The notes under the pieces: model-generated
Told to the model about the DNA's origin: nothing
What the model saw: the letters and a program-made list of their open reading frames with translations, nothing else
Databases searched by the model: none
Program-made: the position numbers and the translations under genes
Origin: an uncultured bacterium
GTDB lineage: Bacteria; Schekmanbacteria; GWA2-38-11; J061
DNA length: 64,000 nucleotides
Assembly (NCBI GenBank): GCA_964549305.1
Contig: CAZJVM010000001.1
Location: forward strand, 46,164-110,163
Direction: 5' to 3'
Part shown: piece after piece, positions 1 to 11,500 of the stretch
How positions within the stretch are numbered: position 1 is the first letter of the stretch
Layout: each line of letters opens with the position of its first letter

Positions 1-214
1 GAAAAAAAGTTTTAAAAATATATGGTTGTCGGTTTTGAAACAATATACACGGATTATAAAATCCGATTTGTTCACCTTGAATAAGTCATACGATTGCGAA
101 GAATTTGCTTTCTAACAGTCATATGAATAACTGATTATTTTCTTTTTCTAACTTAGTTTAGGCACTTATACGGTGTCCGGTTTCCCACCTGCATTACTTC
201 CGAGAAGGTTAATT

Positions 215-808
215 TTGAACAAAAAAAGCGTCAGGAAAAAAATGCAGGCATTGAGGAAAAAACTGAATGTAGAAAGAGCTAAGACATATTCTGATATTGC
301 CTGTAATAAACTTCTTTCATTTGCCCCTCTTTTAAGATCCGGCACGGTTTCCTGCTATTCCTCAAAACCTGAAGAATTACAGACAGACAAGCTCATTATC
401 CGCCTTGTTGAAATAGGCAAAAAAGTTGCATTGCCTAAGGTTGACCAAAAAAATAATAAAATGGACTTTTATTATATAAATTCTCCTGAAAAAGACCTGG
501 AGACCGGTTTTATGGGAATAATGGAACCTAAAACGGGTTTGAAAAAGGTAGAAGATGTTACCGAAATTGATTTTACAATCATTCCCGCGCTTTCAGTTGA
601 TGTTGAAGGAAATCGAATCGGTTTCGGAGGCGGTTTTTTTGACAGATATTTTAAAAGCCGGGAGAAAAGAAATATATTGTGCGGATTGGTTTTCGATTTT
701 CAAATTTTAGAATGTATCCCGTATGATTCCCGAGATGTAAAACTTGATTTTGTTATTTCTGAAAAAAGAATCATCTCTTGCGGGAAAGAAATAAGCAGAG
801 TTCATTAA
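215..808 (+). CDS. ygfA: 5-formyltetrahydrofolate cyclo-ligase
   Basis: Motifs K..VRKKM...[38 protein letters not shown]; upstream of rny as commonly seen. ORF track starts at 173; TTG at 215 after GAGAAGG is the more likely start. Confidence 0.92.
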   Translation: MNKKSVRKKMQALRKKLNVERAKTYSDIACNKLLSFAPLLRSGTVSCYSSKPEELQTDKLIIRLVEIGKKVALPKVDQKNNKMDFYYINSPEKDLETGFMGIMEPKTGLKKVEDVTEIDFTIIPALSVDVEGNRIGFGGGFFDRYFKSREKRNILCGLVFDFQILECIPYDSRDVKLDFVISEKRIISCGKEISRVH

Positions 809-828
809 ACATAAAAGGAGGAATTTCG

Positions 829-2400
829 TTGGATAATATTAACATATATATTTTTTTAGTCATAGGTATTGTAGCAGGTGCTATCGTTACATACCTTCTG
901 ACTTATACAAACAGAAAGAAAGCGGCGCAAGATATAGAATCAACAAAGAAGGAAGCGGACAGGATAATTAGAGATTCAAAGAAGGAAGCGGAAACATTTA
1001 CTAAAGAAAGCCGTATCGAGGCGAAAGAAACAATTCTGAAAGCAAGGACTGATTTTGAAAAGGATACAAAAGAACAGAAAAAAGAACTTCAGCAACTGGA
1101 AAAACGTCTTGCGCAGAAAGAAGAAAATATAGACAGAAAAATTGATTTTCTTTCCAAGAAAGATCTCGACATACAGAATAAAGAAAAAGAGATGTCACAG
1201 AAAAACGATGACCTGAGAAAGTCGGAAGAGCACCTGAATGAACTAACATTCGAGTGCAAGAGACGCCTTGAAAAAATTTCCGGAATGAGCGGCGATGAAG
1301 CTAAAAAGATATTGATAGACAGCATCAGAGAAGAGGCAGATCACGAAGCGATGAAGTTTATCAGAAAAATCGAAGAAGGGGCAAAGGATACAGCACTGAG
1401 AAAAGCGCGTGAGATAGTCGCCACGGCAATCCAGAAAACGGCGTCAGATTATGTTGCGGAAACAACTGTGTCGGTTGTAGATCTGCCTTCAGATGAAATG
1501 AAAGGCAGAATAATAGGAAGAGAAGGCAGAAATATTCGTGCTTTTGAAATAGCGACCGGTGTAGACCTTATCATTGACGATACTCCGGAAGCGGTTATTC
1601 TTTCAGCGCACGATCCCGTAAAGAGGGAAATCGCGAAACGCACTCTTGAAAAACTTATAAGCGACGGAAGAATTCACCCCGGGAAGATAGAAGAAGTATT
1701 GAATAAAATGGCGACTGAAGTTGAAGAGGATATCAGAGAGGAAGGAAATCAGTGCTGTCTTCTTCTTGGAATTCACGGGCTTCATTCCGAACTCGTTAAA
1801 CATTTAGGTCGTCTTAAATTTCGCACGAGCTATGCTCAAAATGTTCTCGAACACTCAAAGGAAGTGGCTTATTTGTGTTCGATTATGGCATCTGAACTCG
1901 GTGTTGACCCCGTGCTGGCTAAAAGGGCCGGACTTCTTCACGATATCGGAAAGGCAGTCGACCATCAGGTTGAAGGTTCTCATGCGGTTATTGGCGCCGA
2001 TATAGCGCAGAAATTCGGCGAAAAACCAAATGTGGTAAACGCTATCAAAGCTCATCACGAAGAAGAAAGCCCCCTTAGCGTAGAAGCGGTTTTACTTCAG
2101 GCGGGAGACGCGCTTTCAGCGGCAAGACCCGGGGCGAGAAGAGAAATGCTTGAATCCTACATCAAGCGTCTGGAAAAGCTCGAACAGCTTGCCGATTCAT
2201 TTAACGGAGTTGATAAATCCTTCGCGATTCAGGCAGGAAGAGAGATTCGGATTATCGTGAATAACGATGATTTGTCAGATGACCAGACATATTCTCTTGC
2301 AAGGGATATTGCCAAAAAAATTGAAAAGGAGCTTTCATATCCGGGGCAGATTAAAGTAACTGCCATAAGGGAAACGAGAGCCGTTGAATACGCAAAATAA
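829..2400 (+). CDS. rny: Ribonuclease Y
   Basis: N-terminal TM helix, coiled coil, KH domain ([14 protein letters not shown]), HD domain (LLHDIGK), C-terminal [23 protein letters not shown] at 829 follows AAGGAGG. Confidence 0.97.
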   Translation: MDNINIYIFLVIGIVAGAIVTYLLTYTNRKKAAQDIESTKKEADRIIRDSKKEAETFTKESRIEAKETILKARTDFEKDTKEQKKELQQLEKRLAQKEENIDRKIDFLSKKDLDIQNKEKEMSQKNDDLRKSEEHLNELTFECKRRLEKISGMSGDEAKKILIDSIREEADHEAMKFIRKIEEGAKDTALRKAREIVATAIQKTASDYVAETTVSVVDLPSDEMKGRIIGREGRNIRAFEIATGVDLIIDDTPEAVILSAHDPVKREIAKRTLEKLISDGRIHPGKIEEVLNKMATEVEEDIREEGNQCCLLLGIHGLHSELVKHLGRLKFRTSYAQNVLEHSKEVAYLCSIMASELGVDPVLAKRAGLLHDIGKAVDHQVEGSHAVIGADIAQKFGEKPNVVNAIKAHHEEESPLSVEAVLLQAGDALSAARPGARREMLESYIKRLEKLEQLADSFNGVDKSFAIQAGREIRIIVNNDDLSDDQTYSLARDIAKKIEKELSYPGQIKVTAIRETRAVEYAK

Positions 2401-2429
2401 TTGAATACGCCTGCGCGGGGAAGATGATT

Positions 2430-3236
2430 TTAATCGTTCAGACCGGTAATCTTTTCTTCAATATCTGTCAACGCCCTTGAAAGGTTGTTGAGCGTTCTTC
2501 TCGCGTCCAGTATCTTGTCTTCAAGGTCTGCAATTGACTTTGTAATATATTTGTTGTTGCTGTTTCCATTGCCGTTACCGTTTGCGGGAATGACTTTTGT
2601 AGATTTGTTTGCAGTCGTCTCATAGGCTCGACTTTTGTTTACAATCGGTTTTTTCGACAATTGAACCTGTTCGATTGTTTTTTTGGAGATACATTTCAAG
2701 GTTTCAAATACGCCTTCTCCCCTGATTGCCGAAGACGCGAATGAATCAAGTCCCATAGGGTTTATAATCGCATTCAGCTCATCGATTGACGAAATTTCCT
2801 CGAGGTCTCTCTTGTTGTATTGAAAAACTATGGGGATGCTGTCTATGCTCAGTCCGCTTTCCTGTAAATTGATTTTCAGGTCTTCAAAACTTTCAAGGTT
2901 TGCCTCAACCTGATCCTTCTGAGAGTCTGCGACAAATACAACGGCATCAACGCCTTTAAGGACAAGCTTTCTCGTAGAAGTCAACTGTACCTGACCGGGA
3001 GTTGTGTAAAGTTGAATTTTTATGTTCATCCCTCTGATTTTTCCAAGATTCATCGGCAGCAAATCAAAGAAAAGGGTGCGGTCGGTTTCAGTGCGCATCG
3101 ATAAGAGTTTTCCTCTCGTCTCGGGGTCGCTTTTGTTGTAAATAAATTCGAGATTGGTGGTTTTTCCGCCCCTCGCGGGACCGTAGTACACGATTTTTAT
3201 TATTGCTTCATCTAAAGCAACATTGAATATAGCCAT
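2430..3236 (-). CDS. mglA: MglA-family small GTPase with C-terminal extension
   Basis: KIVYYGP..GGKTTNL, TETDRTLFFD, LYT.PGQV, LVLKGVDAVVFVADSQ, QYNKRDL are MglA signatures. Confidence 0.9.
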   Translation of the reverse strand: MAIFNVALDEAIIKIVYYGPARGGKTTNLEFIYNKSDPETRGKLLSMRTETDRTLFFDLLPMNLGKIRGMNIKIQLYTTPGQVQLTSTRKLVLKGVDAVVFVADSQKDQVEANLESFEDLKINLQESGLSIDSIPIVFQYNKRDLEEISSIDELNAIINPMGLDSFASSAIRGEGVFETLKCISKKTIEQVQLSKKPIVNKSRAYETTANKSTKVIPANGNGNGNSNNKYITKSIADLEDKILDARRTLNNLSRALTDIEEKITGLND

Positions 3237-3572
3237 ACTCGTAAATGGGAAAAGTGTTATATATCAGTTGGTTATATTTTGATTTCGGATTCTCTTATTT
3301 TGCCTGTTAAGTAGATAATTCTATCGGACAAAATTTGAAAAATAAGAAACATTTTTTAAAAAAACACTTGTTTTGGAATTCATTTTTACGCTTTGGGAAA
3401 ATCCTCGTCGAATTACCGCAACGCTTTTTCAAATATATCGGCAATGGGAGAAAAATAAGAAAAAATTCAGGGAGAATCTTGTATTTCGTGAAGAAGAATT
3501 ACACTGTGGAAACGATATTAATACTGCAGGTTTCCTATTAAAGAAACGGTGTAACAGCGATATTGAAAAACA

Positions 3573-3599
3573 TTGACAAATAGTGATTATTTGTATAAT
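3573..3599 (+). promoter_or_regulatory. Candidate sigma70 promoter for the truB-rpsO-pnp operon
   Basis: TTGACA (3573-3578) and TATAAT (3594-3599), both perfect consensus, but the spacer is 15 nt (suboptimal). Confidence 0.5.
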
Positions 3600-3683
3600 T
3601 ATACTCTCCTTTAAATGAAAGTATTAGCATATACCCATTTCACTGAAGCTGATTCGGCGGAAGATGATTTAAGAAGACATCAT

Positions 3684-4610
3684 ATGGATGGTGCAATAAC
3701 CCTTTTTAAACCTTCGGGCATCACATCCTTTAAGGCGACGGAACAGGTTAAACGGATTACAGGGGTAAAGAAATGCGGTCATGGCGGGACTCTTGACCCT
3801 GTAGCGGAAGGAGTGCTTCCCATATTCCTCGGAAAAGCCACAAAAGTCATTCCCTTTATAAAAAATAATGACAAAGCTTATTCCGCGACCATTAAACTCG
3901 GAGTTGAAACGGATACGATGGACTGCGAAGGGAAGGTTGTTTCGGAAAACCCGGCAATAGTGCCTTCCTTTGATGAAGTGGAAAAGGCGGTTTCCTGTTT
4001 TGAGGGAGAGATTAGCCAGAGACCTCCCATCTATTCAGCGCTGAGATACAAGGGGAAACGACTATACGAGTATGCAAGGAAGAATATAGAGATCGAGGTA
4101 AAGAAACGCAAAGTAATTATTGATAAGATTGAAATAGTGTTCTATAAGTATCCTCTTTTAAAAATTAATGTTTACTGTTCTTCCGGCACATATATAAGAA
4201 GCCTTGCCCACGATATCGGGGAAGTGCTTGGATGCGGAGGACACATAGTCGGGTTGCTGAGAACGAAAAGCGGTGATTTCCATATAAAGGAAGCCGTAAA
4301 TATTGATTCCCTGAAGTCAGAATCGTCGCGAAAGGCGCTGAAAAGCCATATAAAGGGAATCGATGAGATACTCGCAGGATACGGAGAAGTGAAAGTTTCA
4401 GATGAAGTGAAACAAAAGGTACTCTGCGGTTCGCCTGTCGAAATGGATGATGTAACTGCAATCGGAGACTGCATTGCCGTCACAAGATTGTTGAAAGTTA
4501 AGGATTCGGACAATAACCTTTTGGCTATTGCCGAGATTGTTTCAGTTAAAGCCGACACTACCGGTTCTGAAAAGAATTTAATTTTAAAAATGAAAAGAGT
4601 ATTTAATTGA
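3684..4610 (+). CDS. truB: tRNA pseudouridine(55) synthase
   Basis: KPSGITS, GHGGTLDP.AEGVL, QRPPIYSALRYKGKRLYEYAR, CSSGTYIRSLAHDIG; MDG at 3684 matches the usual N-terminus (ORF track starts at 3615). Confidence 0.96.
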   Translation: MDGAITLFKPSGITSFKATEQVKRITGVKKCGHGGTLDPVAEGVLPIFLGKATKVIPFIKNNDKAYSATIKLGVETDTMDCEGKVVSENPAIVPSFDEVEKAVSCFEGEISQRPPIYSALRYKGKRLYEYARKNIEIEVKKRKVIIDKIEIVFYKYPLLKINVYCSSGTYIRSLAHDIGEVLGCGGHIVGLLRTKSGDFHIKEAVNIDSLKSESSRKALKSHIKGIDEILAGYGEVKVSDEVKQKVLCGSPVEMDDVTAIGDCIAVTRLLKVKDSDNNLLAIAEIVSVKADTTGSEKNLILKMKRVFN

Positions 4611-4623
4611 AGGAGGTTGAATA

Positions 4624-4893
4624 GTGGTATTGACAAAAGAAAAAAAGGCGGAAGTGAAGGACAAATTCAAACTTCACGAAAAGGATACGGGTTCTCCTGA
4701 AGTGCAGATTGCGCTTCTTACCGAGAGGATTATATACCTCACGGAACATTTCAGAACCCACAAGAAAGACCATCATTCCAGGCGCGGACTTCTCAAGCTC
4801 GTAAGCAGAAGAAGAAAGCTTCTCGAATATTTGAAGAGGCGCAACTATGAAGGATATACGACGATTATTCGCGAACTTGGTTTGAGAAGGTAA
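4624..4893 (+). CDS. rpsO: 30S ribosomal protein S15
   Basis: [28 protein letters not shown]; strong RBS GGAGG. Confidence 0.98.
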   Translation: MVLTKEKKAEVKDKFKLHEKDTGSPEVQIALLTERIIYLTEHFRTHKKDHHSRRGLLKLVSRRRKLLEYLKRRNYEGYTTIIRELGLRR

Positions 4894-4922
4894 CCTGAGA
4901 CATTACAAAGGAACAAAATTAA

Positions 4923-7010
4923 ATGGTAAAGAAGCAGATTGATTTAGGGGGCAGCACTTTTTCCATAGAGACAGGAAAAGTCGCAAAACAGGCAAACGGT
5001 TCGGTGGTTGTTTCTCAGGGTGACGTTGTTGTCCTTGTTACTGCCGTAAACTCAAAGAAGGACAGAGAGGGAATTGATTTTCTTCCCTTTATGGTTGAAT
5101 ACAGAGAAAAGACATATGCAGCAGGAAAGATTCCCGGTGGTTTTTTCAAAAGGGAAGGAAGACCCAGTGAAAAGGAAATTTTGACATCACGTATAATTGA
5201 CCGCCCTTTAAGGCCTTTGTTTCCCGACGGTTACCACAAGGATATTCAGGTAATCGCCAATGTACTTTCCACTGATAAGGAATATGATACTGATATAGCG
5301 GCGATGAACGGCGCGTCCGCGGCGCTTCTTATATCGGATATTCCCTTCAGCACACCGGTGGGTGCAGTAAGGGTCGGGCTTATCGATGGTGAGATGGTAA
5401 TCAATCCAAAATTCAGCGAACTTGAAAACAGCGACATTGATATAGTTATCGCAGGCACGAGAGATGCCGTGCTAATGGTTGAAGGCGAAAGCAGGGAAGT
5501 ATCGGAAGAGCAGATGCGTGACGCGATCTTCTTCGGTCACGAGAATCTCATAAAGATGATAGAAATTCAGGAAGAACTTCAGAAGGAAGCGGGAAAGAAG
5601 AAGCAGGAAGTGTCAGTGCCTGAAGTGTCGGAGATTTACACTGCGCTCAAGGAAAAAGCGGCAGGCAAGCTCGCCGAAGCAATTGCAATAAAGGAAAAGA
5701 TGGCGCGTCAGGATGCTGTTGAAAAAGTCTTCGCCGAGGCGTTAGAGGAAATTGCCCCTGATGAGGAAAAGACAGGTGAATTTAAAAGTGCCTTCGAAAA
5801 GATAGAGAAGGAATGCGTCAGAAATATGATACTTGAGAAATCAGTAAGGGCTGACGGCAGGGGCTTAGAGGATATAAGGCCTATTACCTGCGAAGTATCG
5901 GTGCTTCCGAGGCCTCACGGTTCGGCGCTTTTTACGAGAGGCGAAACGCAATCGCTCAGCGTGGTTACTTTGGGTTCGGGAGACGACGAGCAGAGAATTG
6001 ACGCTCTCGAAGGCGAATTCAAAAAATCCTTTATGCTTCACTATAATTTTCCTCCTTTTTCAGTGGGCGAGACCAGTAACCGTCTTGCAACGGGAAGAAG
6101 GGAAATAGGACACGGAAATCTTGCAGAAAGGGCGTTGAAAGCGGTAATGCCTGATTCCGAAGAATATCCATACACGGTGAGAGTAGTTTCGGAGATACTT
6201 GAATCGAACGGCTCATCTTCAATGGCGACTGTTTGCGCGGGTTCTCTTGCTCTGATGGATGCCGGCGTTCCCACAAAAAGCCCTGTTGCGGGAATTGCAA
6301 TGGGACTTGTTAAGGCAGACGACAATGTTGCCATATTATCGGATATTCTCGGGCTTGAAGACCATTGCGGAGATATGGATTTCAAAGTTGCCGGAACGCA
6401 GAAAGGTATTACGGCTTTTCAGATGGATGTGAAGATATCGGGAGTTACCAAAGATATTGTTCAGAATGCGCTTACTCAGGCACACAAAGGAAGAATGCAC
6501 ATTCTCGGAATAATGAACTCTGCTCTTTCGGAACCAAAAGCAGAGATGTCGCAGTATGCTCCAAGGATAATAACCATCCATATCAATCCTTCAAAAATAG
6601 GCGAGGTTATCGGACCGGGCGGAAAGAATATCAGAGGCATTATAGAAACTACGGGTGCTAAAATAGATATAGATGACAGCGGAAGAGTCAATGTCTCAGC
6701 AGTGGAATCTGCCGCGGCAGACAAGGCGGTTGAGATAATCAAAGCTATGACGGAAGAGCCTGAAGTGGGAAAGATTTATAACGGAAAAGTTAAAAAAATA
6801 ATGGACTTCGGAGCTTTTGTTGAAATTATCCCCGGCACGGAAGGGCTTGTGCATATCTCAGAGCTTTGCGAAGAGCGTGTCAAAGCCGTGCGGGATATTT
6901 TGAATGAGGGAGACGAGGTTCCTGTCAAGCTTATAGATATAGACAGGGAAAAAAGACTCAGACTTAGCCGTAAGGAAGCTCTCCGCGCAATTGAAAAAGA
7001 AAAAAAATGA
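4923..7010 (+). CDS. pnp: Polyribonucleotide nucleotidyltransferase (PNPase)
   Basis: YAAGKIPGGFFKREGRP, RREIGHGNLAERAL, ESNGSSSMA, KH and S1 domains; follows rpsO. Confidence 0.98.
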   Translation: MVKKQIDLGGSTFSIETGKVAKQANGSVVVSQGDVVVLVTAVNSKKDREGIDFLPFMVEYREKTYAAGKIPGGFFKREGRPSEKEILTSRIIDRPLRPLFPDGYHKDIQVIANVLSTDKEYDTDIAAMNGASAALLISDIPFSTPVGAVRVGLIDGEMVINPKFSELENSDIDIVIAGTRDAVLMVEGESREVSEEQMRDAIFFGHENLIKMIEIQEELQKEAGKKKQEVSVPEVSEIYTALKEKAAGKLAEAIAIKEKMARQDAVEKVFAEALEEIAPDEEKTGEFKSAFEKIEKECVRNMILEKSVRADGRGLEDIRPITCEVSVLPRPHGSALFTRGETQSLSVVTLGSGDDEQRIDALEGEFKKSFMLHYNFPPFSVGETSNRLATGRREIGHGNLAERALKAVMPDSEEYPYTVRVVSEILESNGSSSMATVCAGSLALMDAGVPTKSPVAGIAMGLVKADDNVAILSDILGLEDHCGDMDFKVAGTQKGITAFQMDVKISGVTKDIVQNALTQAHKGRMHILGIMNSALSEPKAEMSQYAPRIITIHINPSKIGEVIGPGGKNIRGIIETTGAKIDIDDSGRVNVSAVESAAADKAVEIIKAMTEEPEVGKIYNGKVKKIMDFGAFVEIIPGTEGLVHISELCEERVKAVRDILNEGDEVPVKLIDIDREKRLRLSRKEALRAIEKEKK

Positions 7011-8289
7011 TCTCCGCCATGAAATGTTTTTGAAAAAATCCCTTTCCGGGGGAGCGACTCTTGTAGCCGAATATGTTCCGCACGTAAGGTCAGTGTCAGT
7101 GGGCGTGTGGATTAATTTTGGTTCAAGGGACGAACCGCGGGAATTCAACGGAGTTTCTCATTTTATAGAGCATCTGCTTTTCAAGGGCACAGGTAGGCGC
7201 ACGGCAAAGGATATTGCCACTGTCATCGACAGAATAGGCGGATACTGCGATGCCTTTACGAGCAGGGAATATACCTGTGTTTATATTCAGGCAATGGATT
7301 CCCAGCTTGAAACCATTTTTGACCTTCTTTCGGATATTGTCATTCATTCCTCATTCGACCCAGTGGAGTTCAAAAGGGAAAAGGATGTTATATTCGAAGA
7401 GATCAGAATGACTGCCGACATTCCTGACGATGAACTTTTTGACATTTTTTTCAGTTCAATTTACAAAAATCATCCTTTGGGAAATCCCATTCAGGGCACT
7501 ATGAGTTCAGTTAGAAAAATGGATGACGTCAACATAAGAAAAATTTTCAGGAAATATTATACGCCTTCGCTGATGACCCTTTCGGTTGCGGGGAATTTCG
7601 ATAAAAAAAATCTTAATGAATTGTCGGAAAAATATTTTGGATTTGACGGCAAAAAGCCACGCCGAAATCCTCTGAAAAGGCAAACGCCAGTTTTTTCATC
7701 TGAGAACATTTTAAAAAACAGAAAGCTCGAACAAGCGCATCTATGCGTAGCGTTTCCGGGAATAAAGCAGAAAAGCAAATACAGGTATGCCAAATATCTT
7801 CTCAACCTCATATTGGGCGGAACTATAAGTTCGAGATTGTTTCAGAAGGTGCGGGAAGAAAGAGGTCTCGCGTACAATATTTACTCCTATTATTTTTCCT
7901 TTGAAGACACGGGCATTACGGGAATATATGCCGCGTCAAATGCTTCCAACATCTCTGAAATAATAAAACTGTCCATTGCCGAATGCGAGAATATAGTGGC
8001 AAAGGGCGTCGGGGAAGAGGAGTTGTCAATTGCCAAGGAAAACCTCAAGGGGAATTATATGCTTTCCCTTGAAAGTATGAACAGCAGAATGATTAAGCTT
8101 GCAAAGCAGGAGATGTTTTTCGGGAAATTTTACGGACTAGACAATATTCTGAACGAAATCGACTCCGTTACCTCTGAAGATTTGCAGAAATTGATGAAAC
8201 TGATGTATAAGGCGGAAAAACTTTCCGCAGTGGTACTCGGACCCGTAGCAGGGGTGCTTAAAAAGAAGGATTTGATGATAAGCCGTTAA
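6991..8289 (+). CDS. M16 family zinc peptidase
   Basis: Inverted zinc motif HFIEH, AFTSREYT, SSRLFQKVREERGLAY; usual neighbour of pnp. Start may be ATG 7024. Confidence 0.92.
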   Translation: MKKKKNDLRHEMFLKKSLSGGATLVAEYVPHVRSVSVGVWINFGSRDEPREFNGVSHFIEHLLFKGTGRRTAKDIATVIDRIGGYCDAFTSREYTCVYIQAMDSQLETIFDLLSDIVIHSSFDPVEFKREKDVIFEEIRMTADIPDDELFDIFFSSIYKNHPLGNPIQGTMSSVRKMDDVNIRKIFRKYYTPSLMTLSVAGNFDKKNLNELSEKYFGFDGKKPRRNPLKRQTPVFSSENILKNRKLEQAHLCVAFPGIKQKSKYRYAKYLLNLILGGTISSRLFQKVREERGLAYNIYSYYFSFEDTGITGIYAASNASNISEIIKLSIAECENIVAKGVGEEELSIAKENLKGNYMLSLESMNSRMIKLAKQEMFFGKFYGLDNILNEIDSVTSEDLQKLMKLMYKAEKLSAVVLGPVAGVLKKKDLMISR

Positions 8290-8310
8290 AAGATATTAAG
8301 GAGAAATAAG

Positions 8311-9603
8311 GTGATTCCAAGATATTCAAGACCTGAAATGGCGAAGATATGGACAGAAGAGAACAAGTTCAGAAAATTTCTCGATGTGGAAATTATGGTC
8401 TGCGAAGCACTTTGCAAAAAGGGGGAGATTCCGGAAGCATCTTTGAAGGTTATTAAAAAGAAGGCGGCATTTGATGTAACCCGCATCGAGGAAATTGAGA
8501 AAGTAACGAAACACGATGTCATCGCGTTTCTCACCAATGTAGCTGAAAATGTGGGAAAGGATTCACGCTTCATTCATATGGGATTGACTTCGTCGGATAT
8601 TCTCGACACGGGTCTTTCACTTCAGATTAAGGAAGCTTCCGATATAATAATCAGGGATATAAAGGAAGTGATGAAGTCTATCAAGAAACTTGCCCTGAAA
8701 CATAAGAGAAGCATTATGGCAGGGCGCTCTCACGGAATGCACGCGGAACCTGTTACATTCGGACTTAAGATGGCGGTTTGGTACGATGAGATGAAAAGAA
8801 ACCTGAAACGGGTGAAGCAGGCCAGGGAGGTTATATCCTATGGAAAGATATCAGGCGCTGTGGGGACATTCGCTAACATAAGTCCCGATGTGGAGAAATA
8901 TGTATGCAAGGGACTTGGGCTGAAAAACGCTCCTGCCTCGACGCAGATTCTTCAGAGAGACCGTCACGCGGAGTTTCTCACCGCGCTTGCGCTTACGGCA
9001 TCGTCGCTCGAAAAGTTTGCCGTTGAAATAAGGCATCTTCAGAGGACTGAAGTTGCCGAAGCGGAAGAGTTTTTTTCCAAGGGACAGAAGGGTTCTTCGG
9101 CAATGCCTCACAAGAGAAATCCGATAACCTGTGAAAGAATAACCGGACTTGCCCGCCTCATAAGGGGTAACGCGATGGCGGCAATGGAGAATGTAGCGCT
9201 CTGGCACGAAAGAGATATCAGCCATTCGTCTGTTGAGCGCATCATAATGCCTGACAGCACAATACTCCTCGATTATATGCTCGATAAGATGGCAAAGCTT
9301 CTTGCGAACCTTGTGGTTAAGCCGGAAAATATGAAGAAAAATCTCGAGCTTAACGGCGGAGTTATTTTCTCGCAGGCGGTTCTTCTGCGTCTTGTGGACT
9401 GCGGTATAACCAGAGAAGCGGCATATGAAATTGTTCAGAGAAACGCGATGAAAGCCCTCAAAAGTTCCTCTGATTTTAAAAGCTGTCTTCTTTCTGATAA
9501 TGAGATGTTGAAGCATCTCCCGGCTTCTGATATACGGAAAATCTTTGATTACAAATATCACACCAAAAACATAGATAAAATTTTCAGGCGCGTGTTTAAA
9601 TAG
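8311..9603 (+). CDS. purB: Adenylosuccinate lyase
   Basis: MIPRYSR, TKHDVIAF, HMGLTSSD, GSSAMPHKRNP signature. Confidence 0.97.
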   Translation: MIPRYSRPEMAKIWTEENKFRKFLDVEIMVCEALCKKGEIPEASLKVIKKKAAFDVTRIEEIEKVTKHDVIAFLTNVAENVGKDSRFIHMGLTSSDILDTGLSLQIKEASDIIIRDIKEVMKSIKKLALKHKRSIMAGRSHGMHAEPVTFGLKMAVWYDEMKRNLKRVKQAREVISYGKISGAVGTFANISPDVEKYVCKGLGLKNAPASTQILQRDRHAEFLTALALTASSLEKFAVEIRHLQRTEVAEAEEFFSKGQKGSSAMPHKRNPITCERITGLARLIRGNAMAAMENVALWHERDISHSSVERIIMPDSTILLDYMLDKMAKLLANLVVKPENMKKNLELNGGVIFSQAVLLRLVDCGITREAAYEIVQRNAMKALKSSSDFKSCLLSDNEMLKHLPASDIRKIFDYKYHTKNIDKIFRRVFK

Positions 9604-9630
9604 TCTGCCGCTTTAACAGGGAAACGGAAA

Positions 9631-9873
9631 ATGAAAAAAGTAAAAGTTTTTGTAAAATTAAAGGAAGGTGTCCTTGACCCTCAGGGGAAAGCCGTAAAAA
9701 ACTCTCTCGCATCGCTGGGATTTAATTCGGTGACAGATGTTCGAGTAGGAAAGTATATTGAACTAAATATAGACGAAGATGACAGCGGGAGTGTGAAGGA
9801 AGAAGTTGACAAGATGTGTAAAAAACTTCTCGCAAATCCCGTAATAGAAACCTTTGAAGTCAAGATTGACTGA
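9631..9873 (+). CDS. purS: FGAM synthase subunit PurS
   Basis: [26 protein letters not shown]. Confidence 0.96.
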   Translation: MKKVKVFVKLKEGVLDPQGKAVKNSLASLGFNSVTDVRVGKYIELNIDEDDSGSVKEEVDKMCKKLLANPVIETFEVKID

Positions 9874-10789
9874 TATGAATACCTCTAAAGAATTGTCGAC
9901 TGGCGATGTAGTGCTTGAAACAAATCTTCCCGGCCTTAATCTTGTAAGACAGGGCAAGGTGCGCGATATTTACGACCTTGACGACAAACTTCTCATTGTG
10001 GCGACGGACAGGTTATCGGCATTCGATGTCATAATGGCGGAGGGGATTCCATACAAGGGAAAGGTACTTACTCAGATTTCAAAATTCTGGTTCAGACAGA
10101 TAGGAGATATCGTTCCGAATCATATAATAAGTTTTGACACTGCCGACTTTCCGAGGGAATGCGCTGAATACAGCCATATACTTGAAGGAAGAAGCATGCT
10201 CGTGGAAAAAACCGAGGTTGTGCCTGTTGAGTGTGTCGTGCGGGGATATCTTTCAGGTTCGGCATACGAGGAATATTTAAAAACCGGAGGAGTGGTCTCG
10301 GGGATAAACCTCGGCAAGGGACTTCTTGAATCATCAAAACTCGAAAGGCCTATTTTTACTCCTTCCACAAAAGCCGAAAGCGGACACGACGAGAATATCA
10401 CATTCGAAGAGATGGAAAAAAATGTTGGCAGTGAATTGTCCCGCTCGCTGAGAAAATACAGTATTTCCGTATATGAGAGAGCAAGGTCTGTTGCAGACAA
10501 AAAGGGAATAATAGTTGCCGATACTAAGTTTGAATTCGGACGGAAAAACGGCGAAATAATTCTCATAGACGAGGTGCTGACACCGGATTCTTCCAGATTC
10601 TGGCCCAAAGACGAATATTCTCCGGGGCGTCCGCAGAGCAGTTTTGACAAACAGTTTGTCAGGGATTATCTAAAAAGCACCGGTTGGGACAAGACACCCC
10701 CTCCGCCCGCATTGCCCGATGATATCATTATCAAGACCAGCAATAAATATCTTGACGCTCTTCAAAAACTCACAGGCGTAACAAATTAA
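9854..10789 (+). CDS. purC: SAICAR synthase
   Basis: [45 protein letters not shown]. Start may be ATG 9875. Confidence 0.97.
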   Translation: MKSRLTDMNTSKELSTGDVVLETNLPGLNLVRQGKVRDIYDLDDKLLIVATDRLSAFDVIMAEGIPYKGKVLTQISKFWFRQIGDIVPNHIISFDTADFPRECAEYSHILEGRSMLVEKTEVVPVECVVRGYLSGSAYEEYLKTGGVVSGINLGKGLLESSKLERPIFTPSTKAESGHDENITFEEMEKNVGSELSRSLRKYSISVYERARSVADKKGIIVADTKFEFGRKNGEIILIDEVLTPDSSRFWPKDEYSPGRPQSSFDKQFVRDYLKSTGWDKTPPPPALPDDIIIKTSNKYLDALQKLTGVTN

Positions 10790-10804
10790 TGAGGTTTTCT
10801 TTCA

Positions 10805-11500
10805 ATGAAATTTGGAATTGTAGTTTTCCCCGGTTCTAATTGCGACAGAGACTGTTTCAGGGTGGTAAAAGATGTGCTTAAGGAAGAAGCAATCTATATA
10901 TGGCACAAGGACAAGGATTTGTCGGGAGTTGACTGTATAATCCTTCCCGGAGGTTTTTCATACGGCGATTATTTGCGCACCGGTTCCATTGCAAGCTATT
11001 CGCCCGTAATGGAGAATGTCGTGAAATTTGCCTCCAACGGAGGGTATATTATCGGCATTTGCAACGGATTTCAGATTTTGCTCGAATCGGGACTGCTTCC
11101 CGGCGCAATGATAAAGAACAAGTCATTGAAGTTTATCTGCAGAAATGTGAATATCAAAGTGGAAAACACAGGCACTCCCTTTACCCTTAAATACAATTCG
11201 GGCGATGTTCTCACGATACCGATTGCGCATTCCGACGGAAATTACTTCGCTGAGGAAGACACGCTTAAAAATCTTGAAGAAAACGGACAGATAGTTTTCA
11301 AATATTGTTCTTCCGAAGGATCGGTTTCTGAAGATTTTAACCCGAACGGGTCACGCAATAATATCGCGGGAATATGCAGTGAAAATGGCAGGGTGCTCGG
11401 TATGATGCCTCACCCCGAAAGAGTTTCCGAAAGCATTCTCGGAAGCGACGACGGAGTCGGAATCTTTAAATCAATAACAGAAAGCGTTTTGAAAAAATGA
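10805..11500 (+). CDS. purQ: FGAM synthase glutaminase subunit PurQ
   Basis: [36 protein letters not shown]. Confidence 0.97.
   Translation: MKFGIVVFPGSNCDRDCFRVVKDVLKEEAIYIWHKDKDLSGVDCIILPGGFSYGDYLRTGSIASYSPVMENVVKFASNGGYIIGICNGFQILLESGLLPGAMIKNKSLKFICRNVNIKVENTGTPFTLKYNSGDVLTIPIAHSDGNYFAEEDTLKNLEENGQIVFKYCSSEGSVSEDFNPNGSRNNIAGICSENGRVLGMMPHPERVSESILGSDDGVGIFKSITESVLKK

Noticed and set aside
3335-3576. Two overlapping short ORFs between mglA and truB
   Set aside because: TTG starts, no clear RBS, no recognisable motif, not roadblock/MglB-like; probably the divergent promoter region.
8851-9561. 236-aa antisense ORF and many other shadow ORFs in the track
   Set aside because: They lie opposite or within well-supported genes and have no motifs.
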